Both the position numbers and the translations under genes were made by a program. Positions 1-13,776 of a stretch of DNA of 64,000 bases are shown here, piece by piece. Under the pieces are notes generated by a model that was not told where the DNA came from, did no database searches, and saw only the letters and a program-made list of their open reading frames with translations. Source of the DNA: Malacoraja senta (Eukaryota); contig CM075989.1 in the NCBI GenBank assembly GCA_038087875.1, positions 17,362,001 through 17,426,000 on the forward strand. The letters are read 5' to 3'. Position 1 is the first letter of the stretch, and each line of letters begins with the position of its first letter.

Positions 1-1454
1 GGCCCCCGCTTCCGGTTTGGTCGCGCTTGCCGCATGCAATCGCATGCTGGTGGGACAGGCCCTTAACTGGTCAAGAATTTAACAATCTCAGTTTCTCAAT
101 CTGCCGATGCTATGCATCCTGTTGAAAATTGTGCATTTTGTTTTAATATTTACAAATGGTTGCAGGTTATTTCTGCATTTTGTACACAAAAATGAAAGGA
201 GAGGTGGAAGTGGGCCAAAATAATCAAACTGACAAATAATTAGTTAATACCACTAAAGGTAAACAGACACATGGAAGGGTATGGGGCAATACTAAGAGAG
301 AGGGGAGTAAAATTAAAGAAAACAAAATCTTTGGCAAATGACATGAAATATAGAGCAGAATATAGCAAAACAGCTACACAAGGTGGCTTGTGGAATATTA
401 TAATTGACATAACATTCTTACAACAGTACGAGTGGTTGTTAATTATAAACAAAATATAATACTGTAAATTAAAAAATGTTAAATAACTTACAAAGCAAAA
501 TTTCAGAACTGGGACTGACTCCAGGTACAGAAAGAGAAGGGAAGAAAAATAACATGAACAGAATGACAAAGTAACCAATGTCCAGGATACAAAGATTTCC
601 ATCTCAGGACTTTTAGAGGTTAGAACACTGTGACATAGACTGATTCTTCTCTCATGTGAACCTTTCTTTTACATTGGAATATTCAACATGTATAGCAGTT
701 AGAGTAATTGATAGAAGTTGGTTGACTTGGGTTAACAAGTTTCTAGGATGCACCCCGCACCAAAGACTTTCACAAACTACTCATTAGCAATGGTTGATAT
801 TCCCAGTCAAACACTTAAACCCTGTTAATGAGGTCAATTTCTAAAAGATCAAATATTTAATTAAAAGTTACTAGCGAGTAGTAATTTGTATTCCAAGATT
901 CGAAGGAGCTGCTGATATTTTCAGACTTTCTTTGCATCCAGTTCCTTAAATCTTTTGTCATCAAAAGAACAGTCGTATTTTTGTAAACCTGCATCTGCAG
1001 TTCCTTGGGTTTGCATTTCACTGCTGAGTTACTCCAGCATTGTGCCTTTTTATGTAGCCCTTCTAAATCTGTCTGCTGTACCACTAAGGCAATCAGCTCA
1101 AAAGAACAAATTCAGACATAGAAGCAATCCTGTACAATTCTCAAATAAAAAGAACATCAAGAAAAAAGCCCGACAGGCAGGAAACAAGTACGTGATAGAT
1201 CCAACTGACTGCCTGCATTGTCATCTTCCACCCACAGGTTCAAAGCTATTATAGAGAACCTCTTCAAATGAATTTCCTTCACCAGTGTTAATCCTGAAAC
1301 TGATACTGAGCCACAAATGTGTACAACAGATGGAAGGTTTTTTTTCTTAAAAGGAGTTGGACAAAAGAAGTAAATAGAGGGGTGTTGAGGGTTAGGTAAT
1401 GAATGCAAGTGCTTAGGAAGCCTGACATCAATGGCCTGATGTTTGCAGTTGCAA

Positions 1455-2098
1455 CTGCAGTTTGATGACCTCGAAAAGATCATCCACACATTCATCTCCT
1501 ACCGCCTAGATTACTGCAACTCCCTTTGCACTGGCATCAGCCAATCTTCCCTGTCCCGCCTGCAACTGGTCCAAAACGCCGCAGCGAGACTCCTGACGGG
1601 CACCCGAAAAAGGGACCACATCACCCCAATCCTGGCCTCTCTCCACTGGCTCCCTGTGCAGTTCCGTATAAACTTCAAGATCCTCCTCCATGTCTACAAA
1701 GCCCTCAATGGGCTTGCCCCCACCTACATAAAAAGTCTTCTCACCCACCACTCCACCTCCAGGCTCCTCAGATCGGCCGACTTGGGCTTGCTGAATATCC
1801 CACGGTCTAGGCATAAGCTCAGGGGCGACCGCGCCTTTGCGGTTGCAGCCCCTAGACTGTGGAACAGAATCCCCTTTCCCATCAGAACTGCCCCCTCCAT
1901 CGACACTTTTAAGTCAAGACTAAAAACGTATCTATACTCCCAAGCCTTTCCTGACGTCCTCTGAGTGAGGGATACATGTATATATGTATGTAGTTTGTTT
2001 TGTTTATGCTATTCTTATAACAAATGTAAAGCACTTTGGCCAACAAGAGTTGTTTTTTAAATGTGCTATATAAATAAATGTGACTTGACTTGACTTGA
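1455..2098 (+). mobile_element. L2 LINE 3' fragment
   Basis: RLDYCNSL...LQLVQNAAARLLTG...HITPILASLHWLPV...DRAFAVAAPRLWN is the L2 ORF2 C-terminus; 3' UTR ends in (GACTT)n tail. Confidence 0.93.
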
Positions 2099-2464
2099 TG
2101 TGTGGAAGTCCTCAAGAGACTAGATATACAGAAAGACAAATGTTCAGGTGCATTAGTGGTGAGGAGATTAGAGGCAGGAGGGATTTGAAAACAATGATAT
2201 TTTTAAATCGGGAGATTAGAATGTCAAGATTGGAAGAAACAAGGACATGGATAATGGACGAGAAACAATTCTGGAGGAACTCAACGGGTCAAGCAGTATC
2301 TGTGGAGGGAATGGACAGACTGAAGAAGGGTCATCTAAAAACATTGTCTATCATTTACTCCACAGATGCTGCCTGACCCACAGAGATCCTCGAGCAAGAT
2401 TCCAGCCACTGCAATCTCGTGTCGACGAGGAGAATGGCTTAAGCGAAAGCATAACACCACCCAA

Positions 2465-2670
2465 ATATAGGCACAAGATGCTGCAGGTAACTCAGCGGGA
2501 CAGGCAGCATCTCTGGAGAGAAGGAATGGGTGACGTTTCGGAAGAAGTGTCTCGACCCGAAACGCCACCCATTCCTTCTCTCCAGAGATGCTGCCTGTCC
2601 CGCTGAGTTACTCCAGCATCTTGTGTCTATCTTCGGTTTAAAGCAGCATCTGCAGTTCCTTCCTACACAC
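2465..2670. repeat. Fold-back (palindromic) element built from Penelope-like element termini
   Basis: gctg..gtaactcagcgggacaggcagcatctctggagagaaggaatgggtgacgtttcg followed by its reverse complement; similar fold-backs near 8845-8910, 16860-17070, 22690-22890, 49795-50010. Confidence 0.8.
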
Positions 2671-3954
2671 TAACTCCACCCAAACGTTCACAGGACAATC
2701 TCACCAGCTACCAAAGCAGATTCTGAAGAGTGCCTTTGCAATTTTGCATTGAATGGAATGCGTTTTCCTCGCCAAGAGCGGCACTGTGTTTAAGCAAGAG
2801 GCAGATGGAAGACGTATTCCAAGTTACGAGAGGCACAGAAAGGGCAAATTGGAAACAACCATTCCCCACAGAGAGCATAGACGTAACATGAAGAGCAAGA
2901 GGATCTGAAGAAGAATCTTTCCACCAAGGTCACTGGTATGTGCAACACATAACTCAAGCTGGTGGTGGAGGCAGGTACTCTCACAACATTTAGGAAGCAT
3001 CTGGAATCGCTAAAATATAGTTGGCTACCACTGGCAAATGGAATTAGTACAGATAATGATAGTCAGCACTGATATGAGTGGCTAAAGGGCCTCATTTCTC
3101 AGCTGTATGGCTAGGAGGTAGAAATCCCATCAATGGAATGCCCCAATAAAGCAACTGGGGTAGACAAGTGCAAATATTAATTCCTCCACTATAAACTTTG
3201 CAAAAGGGAAATAAAAAGACCAGAAGCTTAAGAGAAAAACGAGTCACAGTATGAAAACCGAAGGCAAATGGGAAAAGGGAAGCTGAGAAGATTGTTTCTG
3301 GAATTAGATTTCCAAATAATCAGTCTTTCAAGGGAATGGGAGCAATTGATATGCACATTGTTGATTAGCCCAGAACCTACACACTAGTAGAGCAGACAAG
3401 GGGCTGAATGGCCTGCTAGGCTTCTATACTTTGCCAAAGATTAAAGGCCTTCGCAATGCTCACCATAACCTGCCCATTGTGCCCCATTTTTGTTAAAGAT
3501 CAGACAAAAGGTGCGTGTGACTAGCTGTAAAGGGTGCAGTGGGTGAGGTGCTACTGGAAGGTAGCAGAGAATGTGCTCCCATGTGCAATCTATACCAGTG
3601 CACCCTCTGGAGGCAGTGCCAGGTACTACCAGCCGAACCAACCTCAGCTAACCCTGCCAAGGGCACTAGAGTGGGTGAAGATTAAAACCTACTGCTTGTG
3701 TGCCAAAGACATTTTGTTTCCAATTTATTAAAAAAAATATTTGCATGCTTAATCCCACTCAAATTACCCAATGGATTAAACACCAGTCCTATTCATTTTT
3801 ACGTTTTCTTCAAAACACATTTTATTCTGATAAATAGCCCCTACAAATTTTCCCATCGTCTAAAATATTTTATTCATGCCCTACTAAAGTCAACTTTCCT
3901 ACCAATGATTTTCCTACTAAGACTTTTAAGAATCACTTAGACCAGTACATGAAT

Positions 3955-4370
3955 CTACTACTGGCCACATCTTCCCATCTCCACCCCTTTCTGCTTCCCA
4001 CAGACCGTTCCCTCTGAAACTCCCTGGTCAACTCGTCCCTTCCCACCCAAACCACCCCCTCCCCGGGTACTGTCCCCTGCAATCACAAGAGATGCAACAC
4101 CTGCCCCTTTACCTCCCCCTCGACTCCATCCAAGGACCTAAACAGTCTTTCCAGGTGGCCGAGGTTCACTTGCACCTCCTCCAACCTCATCTACTGTATC
4201 CGCTGTTCCAGGTGTCATCTTCTCTACATCGGCGAGACCAAGCGCAGGCTCGGCGATCGTTTCACAGAACACCTCCGCTCAGTCCGTCTTAACCTACCTG
4301 ATCTCCCAGTGGCTCAGCACTTCAACTCCCCCTCCCATTCCCAATCAGACCTTTCTGCCCTGGGCCTCCA
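3955..4370 (+). mobile_element. Penelope-like element fragment (GIY-YIG region), degraded
   Basis: High similarity to 57050-57470; encodes SSNLIYCIRCSRCHLLYIGETKRRLGDRF. Confidence 0.88.
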
Positions 4371-5612
4371 GAATGAAGGACAAATTTCATCAACGCTGAG
4401 GAGAAATTGGTTTTAAATAGCACCATGACAACACAAGTTTCAGTGCCTCGGAAATGATAAAACATCAAACCTAGTAACAAAGTTAGTTCATGTACTTCAG
4501 CGAGGCAGGCTTCCCAACAGTAATCAGCTCCCCAACCACATTTGTCAACAGTATTCACAACAAAATTAATTGGTTGATGGGATTTTCTTGTGTTACAATG
4601 TCATGGATTCAAATCCCATTCCCGTTTAAGAATGCAATTGAGACTCAAAGCTAAAAGACCCATTTAATATCATGAAGATATTTGTTTATTTCCATTTAAG
4701 AAAAAAATGCCTCTGAAAGAGAGGGCACTTTATAAAGAAATTGATGAACAAACCAGGAGGTGAGACAAGTTGGACGCTAGTTTACTCACTGCGTAGTTTG
4801 GATTCTGCATGTGCTGCTGAAGGTGATGGGGAGTGAAGTAATGACGACCGTCAAAAAGGAAGTTGGACATGTACAGGACAAAGAGCAAGAAATAAACATA
4901 TTGCTATTCAAAGACTCAAATCGGACCTGATGAGCTAAACGCGATTCCATGAACCTAAACTTAAGTGCCATCTGCCTCAAGTGGCATTTGGCAAGTACTG
5001 GGCTCTCAGCTAGCCATTCACAACTTTGACACAGCGTGAATCTAGATCAGGTACGACGGCACAGCTGGTAAAGCTAAGGCCTCACTAATCTGGTGATTTG
5101 GATGCAATCCTGACCTCCAGAGCAGCCTGCGTGGAGTTTACACGTTCTCCATGTGGCCGTATGTGGGTTTCCTCCCTAAGGGTTAAAGAGGTGCAGATTA
5201 GTAGGTTAATAACCACCACAGCTGCCCTTCGTGTATAGGCGGGAGAGTGGGCAAGTTGATGAGAATGGCAGGAGAATATAATGGGATCAGTGTAACTATT
5301 TGCCTGATGATTTGTGCAGACTTGGTGGGTCAAAGGATCCGTTTTCACTCGAAATTAGATGTCGATCCGAGATCTCTCCAAACCCAGGACTTGATATAAA
5401 GTGTATTACCAACATCACTTGGGGAGGGGAAGAGAGAAAAAAAGCATTCTTGTTCAAGTAATTTTCTCAGCAATTTGGCCTTAAAATTAAAAAGAGTGCA
5501 TTTGTATAGGTGCTGGGATTAACCAGCCTGATATAAAGTGTGAGGAAATCACCAACTTGGATACAAGCCACCTACGTTGACAAACCACTGGCTACAGCAC
5601 ACAGTAACGTAC

Positions 5613-5773
5613 CATATTCATGACAGTGAGCAGGAACCTCTGGGCTGCTTCAGCGCCATGATACTCCACCATGTCCGAATCTGCCACCACTAATGTCTCC
5701 ACCGTGTACTCGTTCGTTAAGCGGATAGCATTTCTTCTGAGTTGGTCAGTTGCTCTCTTCAGCTTCTGTCTTC
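5613..5773 (-). CDS. ADAMTS17: ADAMTS17 coding exon 4 (end of prodomain, start of metalloprotease domain); gene continues left of the window
   Basis: Acceptor ctcctAG, donor GTACGT; 161 nt; [42 protein letters not shown] is nearly identical to ADAMTS17 and less similar to ADAMTS19. Confidence 0.95.
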
Positions 5774-6094
5774 CTAGGAGGAGAAGTGACACCTTTATAT
5801 CCACTCAGCTGCTATGCAGAATTCAACTATACACAGCATGACAACCTGTTAACCCAGCAGTTACTCCACCAGACAATACAGCTTCATAACCCATCAGTAC
5901 CCGACACTCCTCTCCACTCGAGACCCGGTTCGATCTTGACCTCTGACACTAGCTGTGTACACTTTGCACGTTGCCCCATGGCCTCGTGCATTTTTTCTGG
6001 CCGCTCCAGTTTCTCCCCACATCCCAACGCCATGCAGGTTGGCAGGATACTTGGCCACGAGTGTGAAGACGAGTGGTAGAATCTTGGGTTGGTG

Positions 6095-6535
6095 GGGGCA
6101 AGACCGACAAAGTGAATGGTGGGGCTCTGGGAAGTGTTATAGAGCAGATGGATCTAGAGGTGCAGGTACACAGTCCGTTGAAAGCAGCATCACAGGTAGA
6201 TGTGGTGGTCAATAAGGCTTTGGCACATTGGCTTTCATCAGTCAGAGTATTGAGTGTAGAACTTGGGATGTTATGTTGCAGTTGTATAAGACGTTGGTGA
6301 GACTGCGTTTAAAGTATTGTGTTCGGTTCTGGGCACCATGTTATAGAAAAGATGTTGTCATGCTGGAAAGGGTGCAGAGAAGATTTACGAGGATGTGGCC
6401 AGGACTCAAGGGTCTGACCTGCAAGGATTTGTTGAGCAGGCTAGGACTCTATTCCCAGAGCACAGGAGGGTGAGGGGGTGATCTTATAGAGGTGTATAAG
6501 ATCATGAGAGGTATACATAGGGTAAATGCACAAGC
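6095..6535 (+). mobile_element. CR1 LINE fragment
   Basis: LQLYKTLVRLRLKYCVRFWAPCYRKDVVMLERVQRRFTRM; many further CR1 3' fragments near 7762-8148, 29150-29510, 30572-30850, 31237-31570, 38100-38670, 40345-40670, 43035-43432, 45008-45488, 48550-49122, 54130-54716, 59222-59815. Confidence 0.88.
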
Positions 6536-9500
6536 CTCTAAAATAAATATTCCTTGTCCATCACCAAGCACAGCAAGAATAAAATAATTTAATACACAAG
6601 ACAAGGCCCAAAGCTCTCTGTTCAGTCCACCTCTTAATGAGACACCCTCAGGCAATTATTCATTGCTCTACTGATAAAAGCAAGTTCTGCAACTACGTTT
6701 GAGGTTGGTGGTGAAGGAAGCAACAAGTTAATATTTTAACAGTGAGAGTATTAAAAAGATTTAATATAATTTTTCCACTGCCACTGGCAAACAACTTCAA
6801 AAGCTAAAGTGCTCATTGTGATGAGTTGCTTCATCCAAAGTACTCCCTGGATCGTTCAGTCAAGACAGCTGGCTGTCCATCTGTTGCTACTGTTTTTGAA
6901 ATGGTCTGCACAGCCATCTTGCACATCCCAAACAATGACTCTGGGGTGGGATTTGACTCCGACTGATATTCCATCTCCCAAACAGGAAAACACACGGGCC
7001 ATTCCCTTTCCCCAATTGCATCAAAGATCATTGGACAATGCAAATCCTAGGTTAAACAAAACGAACCTTTACTGCACAGCCTTTTGTCTCCTATTCATCT
7101 CTTTGTCCACCCATCTACCAATCCACCCCCCTCACCTGTCTCCACCCATCACTTACCTTGCCACACCCCTCTTCCATCTTTCTCTCCCCTACTACAATCT
7201 GTTTGAAGAAGTGTCCCAACCCAAAAGAGTCGCCTATCCATGATCTCCTGAGATGCTGCCTGATCTGTTGAGTTAACCCGACACAGTGGTTTTGATCAAG
7301 ATTCCAGCATCTGCAGTTCCTTGCGTCTATGACAAATGAAATCCTTTGATAGATTACTGGGCTAAACCTTCACAATCTCCAAAACTCCTGATAAAGAACA
7401 AAGATCAGAATATGGCTCATGAAATATTAAGCTCTTTCATTACTCGAGTAGCCAATCAGTAAACTTTGGAAGGGCAAAACTCGCTAGGTTTGCGACTAAC
7501 AAAGGTGAAGGACTTGGTCAAGTCCCAATAACTAGCATCTGTAATCGTTGCATACGTGAGTGTCTGTATCCCCCCTCATGTGTACAATACCAGTGCCTTA
7601 GTGGCACAAAACCCAAGAGAGAAAGCCCGGAGACTCATTTTAATTTTTCAGACTCACTTTGGACTTTTCTTTTTTCCTTTTGTAAATGGCGCCACAATAT
7701 GGCGACGGGTGCAGAATTTTCACTGTGCAGTGCATACGTGACAATAACCAACCATTGAACCAATGGAGACCTCATTGAAACTTACAGAATAATGAAAGGC
7801 ATAGAGTGGATGTGGAAAGGATGTTTCCACTGGTGGGAGAGTCTAGGACCAGAGGTCACAGCCTCAGAATTAAAGGGTGCTCTTTTAGAAAGGAGGAGAG
7901 GAGGAACTTCTTAAGTCAGAGGGTAGTTAATCTGTGGAACTCATTGCCACAGAGGGCTGTGGAGGCCATCAGTGAATATTTTTAAAGCAGAGAAAGACAA
8001 ATTCCTGTTTAGAACGGGTGTCAAGGATTATGGGGAGAAGGCAGGAAAATGGGATTAGGAGGCAGTGATCAGCCATGAGTAAATAGCGGAGTAGACTCGA
8101 TGGGCCGAATGGCCTAATTCTACTCCTACAACTCATGAACTTATGAACCATTAATTAAGCTCAGCTCCCACTCTGCACTCCCAAGCCTACACTCCCCTAC
8201 TCAGGAAACCAACTCATCTGATAACATCAGCAGCAGAATAAACTATTACACAAGGGGCTTCTTCCATCAAACTTTCTAACTGTGGGAATGTCTGCAGGGT
8301 GGGACCACGCTCATCCTGCAGAGTTGGTTAAGCCCTTTAATGACACAACCACTCAGTGTCCTCACCATGAACCTTTTCATTTAACTACTGCCCCGATTAA
8401 TGACCTTTCAGAATCAAACCATGTTATTTGGAATTTAATTTTAACTAGATCTTTCCCATAATCTTGTGTTAAAAATACAAGCACCAAGCAGATTTAGAAG
8501 AGTTTATCAAAAAACAAAAATATCAGGCAGAAAGTTATATGTGGAATACATATAATCTGGATAAACCTGTTAGACTTTCTAAAAGTAGACACAAAAAGCT
8601 GGAGTAACTCAAAAAAGTTTAAAGTTCAAAGTTCAAAGTATCTTTTATTGTCATTCAGACCTTTCGGTCTGAACGAAATTTCGTGCCTGCAGTCATACAT
8701 ATAATAAAAATAACAAAAACACACAATAAACACAAATTTAACATCCACCACTGTGAGTTCACCAGGCACCTCCTCACTGTGATGGAAGGCAAAAGTCTTA
8801 AAGTCTTTGTCTCTTCCCTCCTTGTTCTCCCTCTGCGCTGAGAGAAGGAATGGGTGACAATTCGGGTTGAGACCCTTCTTCAGTCTCGACCCGAAACATT
8901 ACCCATTCCTTCTCTCCAGAGCTGCTGCCTGTCCCGCTTTTTGTGTCTATCTTCGGTTTAAACCGGCATCTGCAGTTCCTACCATATTTTGTTAAACTAG
9001 CTAATCATTGTTGTCTAATGCATTTTCCTATCATACAGCTGGATTTCATTTTGTTAGATGATCTTTGAAATAAACCAAACAAATTTACTGACACAGGAAG
9101 TATTTATAAACATGTTATTTGCAAACAACCAGCCAAGGTGAATTGAACAGCAAAATACATAGATAAGTAGAGGCAGTAGTGGAGACCGAAGTCTTTATTG
9201 TATTTATAGAGTTTTTAGATGTGCACTTAAAGGGCCCTGACCTTGAAGGGTATGCACAGTGCTGCTATGTGATTAGGTTGAAGGAGAAGAGGTTTTTTAA
9301 AAAACTAGTAACAGCAAGATGGGCCAAATGTTGCAACAGAAGTCTGCCAGGGATCAGAGAGCAAAAAGAATTCTTAACAAAAGTTATTGACTGCATCTCG
9401 AGGACGTGACCTAAACAAAGCTTCCCTGCTGTGCTTACAGGCAACAAGCAGTGGGAACCTACATGGTCCCAAATACTGACCAGCAGTTGGCAACTTCCAA

Positions 9501-12500
9501 CAGCTTTGAGCACGGAGCCAACTCCAACACAATACAGGCCAACACGAGAGAGAACAGACCATTCCCTCGCCCGTATCCAGACAATTCACCGGGTATTACA
9601 GTGGCCACCATTCCAGGTGCTTGCCTTCACTTGCTAGGCTTTGCCCACCTCTCTTTTCCAGCTTTCTCCCTCTACAACGTCTCAAGAGGGTTTCTGACCC
9701 AAAATGTCACCTGAACATTCCCTCCGCAGATGCTGTCTGATCTGCTGAGTTCCGCCAGCACTGAGTTTTGATCAAGATTCTTTGTGTCTCTAGGTACTCA
9801 ACGTCTCAAAGTAGCCTACCGTGTAAAACCTACGTATGTAAAGGTCGTGCTGCAGTCCATATTTATTGCATGTATTGTCCTACCCTCAAAATTCAATCAT
9901 ATTTATGAGACACAATCTTCCATACACAAGGCCATGCTGTGATCTCCATTTCTCATGAAAGGTCTACTCTGCCCTTTCTCGAGTAGAGCTCTCCACATAT
10001 TTCCCCAAGGAAACTTTCCAGAAAACACTTAACAAATTTCACATCGTATGAGCAATGGCAGTTCCAGTCTACATTAGAAAAGTTAAAAATCCCCTATGAC
10101 AACCTGACCATTCTTGCAAGTCTCTGCAGCCATATAAGCCAAACCAACAGCATTCTGGTCTGGTGCCATTCCAAATCTAGGGCTTATTGATGATTACCAA
10201 TTGCTTGGTGTTTTAGCACAATTAATATGAACATGAAGTGAATAAAGCTCAATTGCCGTAGAAAAGGGAAAAAAGAAGGAAAAAACCCCAGGATAACGGG
10301 ATCCAACAAGCTGTCTTCTAGGCATGGGTAGGAACTAGTTATAAATGCAAGAAACAGCTGCCTTGCTTCATGGCCTCCGTGGACAGTCAAGAGTTTAAGC
10401 AAATCGCTGCATCAGCTCTTCTTACAAATTTCCCCACAATTTAATTATTTTAGTTATTTACTGTCTGACAGATATCAAATGTCACAGATTAAAATTTAAG
10501 TTAACAGTAGCAAAACAGAATCATGCAATGTAAACACAGGCAAGGTCAGTTCCTGAAGGATATCACGGGATGATTAATTCTTTGTCTGACGCACATGGTG
10601 TGCTAAAAATCCTATCCATAAGTGCCTTTCAAAGTACAACCACTCTGGCTAGGGAGATTTCTCTGGAATTCCCTGCTGGATTCATCGTTTTACATTTATT
10701 CACATGCAAGGGAAATATTCACCATTTCAAATAGTTTCACACAGATGGTGATGGGTATATGGAACAAGCAGCCAGAGGAGGTAGTTGAGGCAGGTACCAC
10801 AACAGCATGTAAAATACATCTGAACAGGTAGATGAATAGGTAAGGTTTAGAGGGGTATGGACCAAATGCAGATACGAGGGATTAGTGTGGATGGGGCACC
10901 TTGGTCAGCAGGGGCAAGCTGGGCCGAAGGGCCTGTTTCCATGCTGTGAGACTCTACTGCTATGTATCAAATATCTCCATTATCTAGAATGGCCAACATG
11001 CAATTTTCTTTAACATACCTAATGTCCATTCAACTTCTCATGAGAAGTAGAACATCTTAGTTCTACTTTGATCTTCTAAATCTTGTTTGTACACTCTCCA
11101 GTGTTTCAATTATTATTATTTTTTTTTTTTACATACCTTATCTAACAAAGTTAAAATAATGGCAGCACAACCAACTGTGGTCTACGGTTCTTTCCCAAAA
11201 AAATGTCTTAGTTCTCTCCCTCCAGAAAATATGCCATCAGCTGGATTATCTTTATTTTGTTATAAAAGACCAGATCTCATTAACCCACGTCACTAACTTC
11301 AGCAATTTTTCCAGTTACTCAATATATTGTTCTTGAAATCCAGGACTGATAGCCCAAAACATCCATTATTCCAACAAATAATGTTTGTCGTGCACAAAAC
11401 CCAACTCCCTCGGCCAGGTACGAGCGGACATGAATTCATGACTCGTGACATTTAAAAGAATGAGAGGAGATCTGTTGAGATGATTTAGAAATGTTATTGA
11501 TACATGAAGCAACAGTATCACTGGAGGCACAAGGAGATGCTGGTCCACTAAAAAACAAAACAGAAAGTGCTGGAGTAACTCAGTGAGTCTGGCAGCATCT
11601 CTTCAGAACAGAGATGAGTGATGTTTTGGGTTGGTACCTTTTCTCAGATTTACTGGGTTGGTGTAAGGATCATCTATTATTAAGAAACAAATTGCCGAAA
11701 GAACTCAGCAGACCAGGCAGCAGTTGTAGAGGAAAATGGACAGATGTTTCAAGCTGGGACTTATATTCAGAAGGTGCTGAGAATGCTCCTGCTCAAGATA
11801 TTAACATCTGAAGGAGATTAATGAAATTTGGCATCATGTTTGGCACGGATGTTCTGGGTGGAAGGGGCTGTTCCTGTGGTAATGCTTTATGTTCTGGGAA
11901 TATTCATGGCAGAGAATAATAATGGGCCAGATCGGTAGGGATCCATTTGTCACCCACAGTATTGACCAAGTGACCCACCAAATACAAGTGCCCTCTCGAG
12001 GCAGAGCAGACCACAAGTGTGGAGCAGGGTTCAGACCAGAGGAGAAGATCCCAGCCTGGAAAACCCTGATCGTTTGCCACCTTACGGTCACCAACAGTCT
12101 TTGAATATTTATCAATGCTTTTGATAATCAAAGACATTTATAAATGCAAGGTCTCAAATAATTTAAAAAAACATGTTATAAATGAAAAATAAAAACTTTT
12201 TTTTTTTAAACTTATCTTTCTTGTCAAGGTTGGCTGCACAAGGCAAAGGATTTGACCCAGCTCAGCCCCATAAACCTCTGCTGCTACAGTGGGGGCTTGC
12301 ATTGAAAAGGTCATACATGTCTGCATCTGACCATTACCTCGACTCTGATCCAGAGATTAGAACAACCCACAAGGAGGACGTAGCACCAAGTGTACTGCCG
12401 GCTAGAGGGAGCCATGATCCGGCTGAACATAGTTGTAAAAGCGGGCAAGACCAGCCAAAGAAACCTGGGCCTAGAGCACAACCGAGGATATCCTCCAACA

Positions 12501-13619
12501 ATGTCCCAAAGGTCAGAAAGTTCACCATCTTTCCCCTATATGACCAACACCTCAAATTTCCCAAAAGCAAATATATTAGGCAAGCAAACATCCATTTTCT
12601 CCCTTTAGTTAAAATGGTTCCAAGTTACCACTTTAGGTATTTAATCGACAATGAGGAAATTCCGCACCATTCCCCTACTACACCTCAACAGCAATGAAAT
12701 TGAAAATTCCAATCACATGCACCCAAATTTGGCAATACAACACTCACCAGTTTGAAGAAGCCTCTCGACACAAAACGTCACCCTTCCTTCTCTCCAGAGA
12801 TGCTGGCTATCCCGCTGAGTTACTCCAGCATTGCATGGCTATTTTTGGTGTAAAGCAGCATCTGCAGTTTCTTCCTACACACGAGTTCCACCCTTACCTT
12901 TAATGAAGTCCATATGGAGTTGCCACATTCAACCAGTGATCAGATGCTTAGCTCTCCACATATATTGAAATGATGTGCTGATTGTTGGATTATTTGTTGC
13001 CATGAATTTCCCCTTGTGTAGGTGATCAGTAGGAAAATGACAAGGGGGGGAGACGAGAGGTCAGGGTGGGGTTGAAGGGGTACGAGAGAGAAAAATGAGT
13101 GGGAGAATATATGGGATTGGGCTGTGGTTAGAGAGTCAGCATAGACTGGATGAGACCAAACAGCCTCCTTTCATCATGAGTAAAGGAGAGAAAATCAACA
13201 TCACCACTTTTGGACTTTAGAGATAGCATAGAAACAGGCCTGTCTGTGCCAACCAGCGATCACCCCATAGACTAGCACCATCCTACTCACTAGGGACAAT
13301 TTACAATTTACAGAAGCCAATTAAACTACAAACCTGTCCATCTTTGGAGTATGGGAGGAAACCAAGCACCCAGAGAAAACCCATGCGGTCACAGGGAGAA
13401 CACACAAACTCTGTACAGATACACCTGTAGTCAGGATCGAACCCAGGTCTGTGGTGCTGCAAGGCAGCAACTCCACCACTGTGCCTCTTTTCTGAAGTAC
13501 TTATTCAAGGTCTTACCGCACAAGCTGATAAGCTTCTCATTCCGTCATTGTTTAAAACATGTACATTCACAGCCCTGAATTCGCACTCTTTCCTCCAAAC
13601 TCACTTCAAGAAAAATTAC

Positions 13620-13776
13620 CTTTGATCACCTTGCAGAAGTCAGAGCGTTGATTCTTCTTGGGTGGGAGGGGCTGCTTGTGCCTGTAAATCCGGTGAACTT
13701 CCCCACTGAATGAAGAGTTAATTTTGTTCACAGGTTCTATGGACAACAGATCATCACCAATCTGGATATATCCCAA
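13620..13776 (-). CDS. ADAMTS17: ADAMTS17 coding exon 3 (prodomain)
   Basis: Acceptor cctcctatAG, donor G|GTAATT; 157 nt; LGYIQIGDDLLSIEPVNKINSSFSGEVHRIYR...FCKVIK resembles human [32 protein letters not shown]...LCKVLT; phase 0 in, phase 1 out. Confidence 0.9.

Noticed and set aside
1..5612. ADAMTS17 exon 5 (VYNMFQH-like)
   Set aside because: No matching translation with splice sites found by eye; probably left of the window.
12182..12697. 171-aa plus-strand ORF in ADAMTS17 intron 3
   Set aside because: No recognisable domain or convincing splice context; antisense intronic; likely chance or an old repeat.
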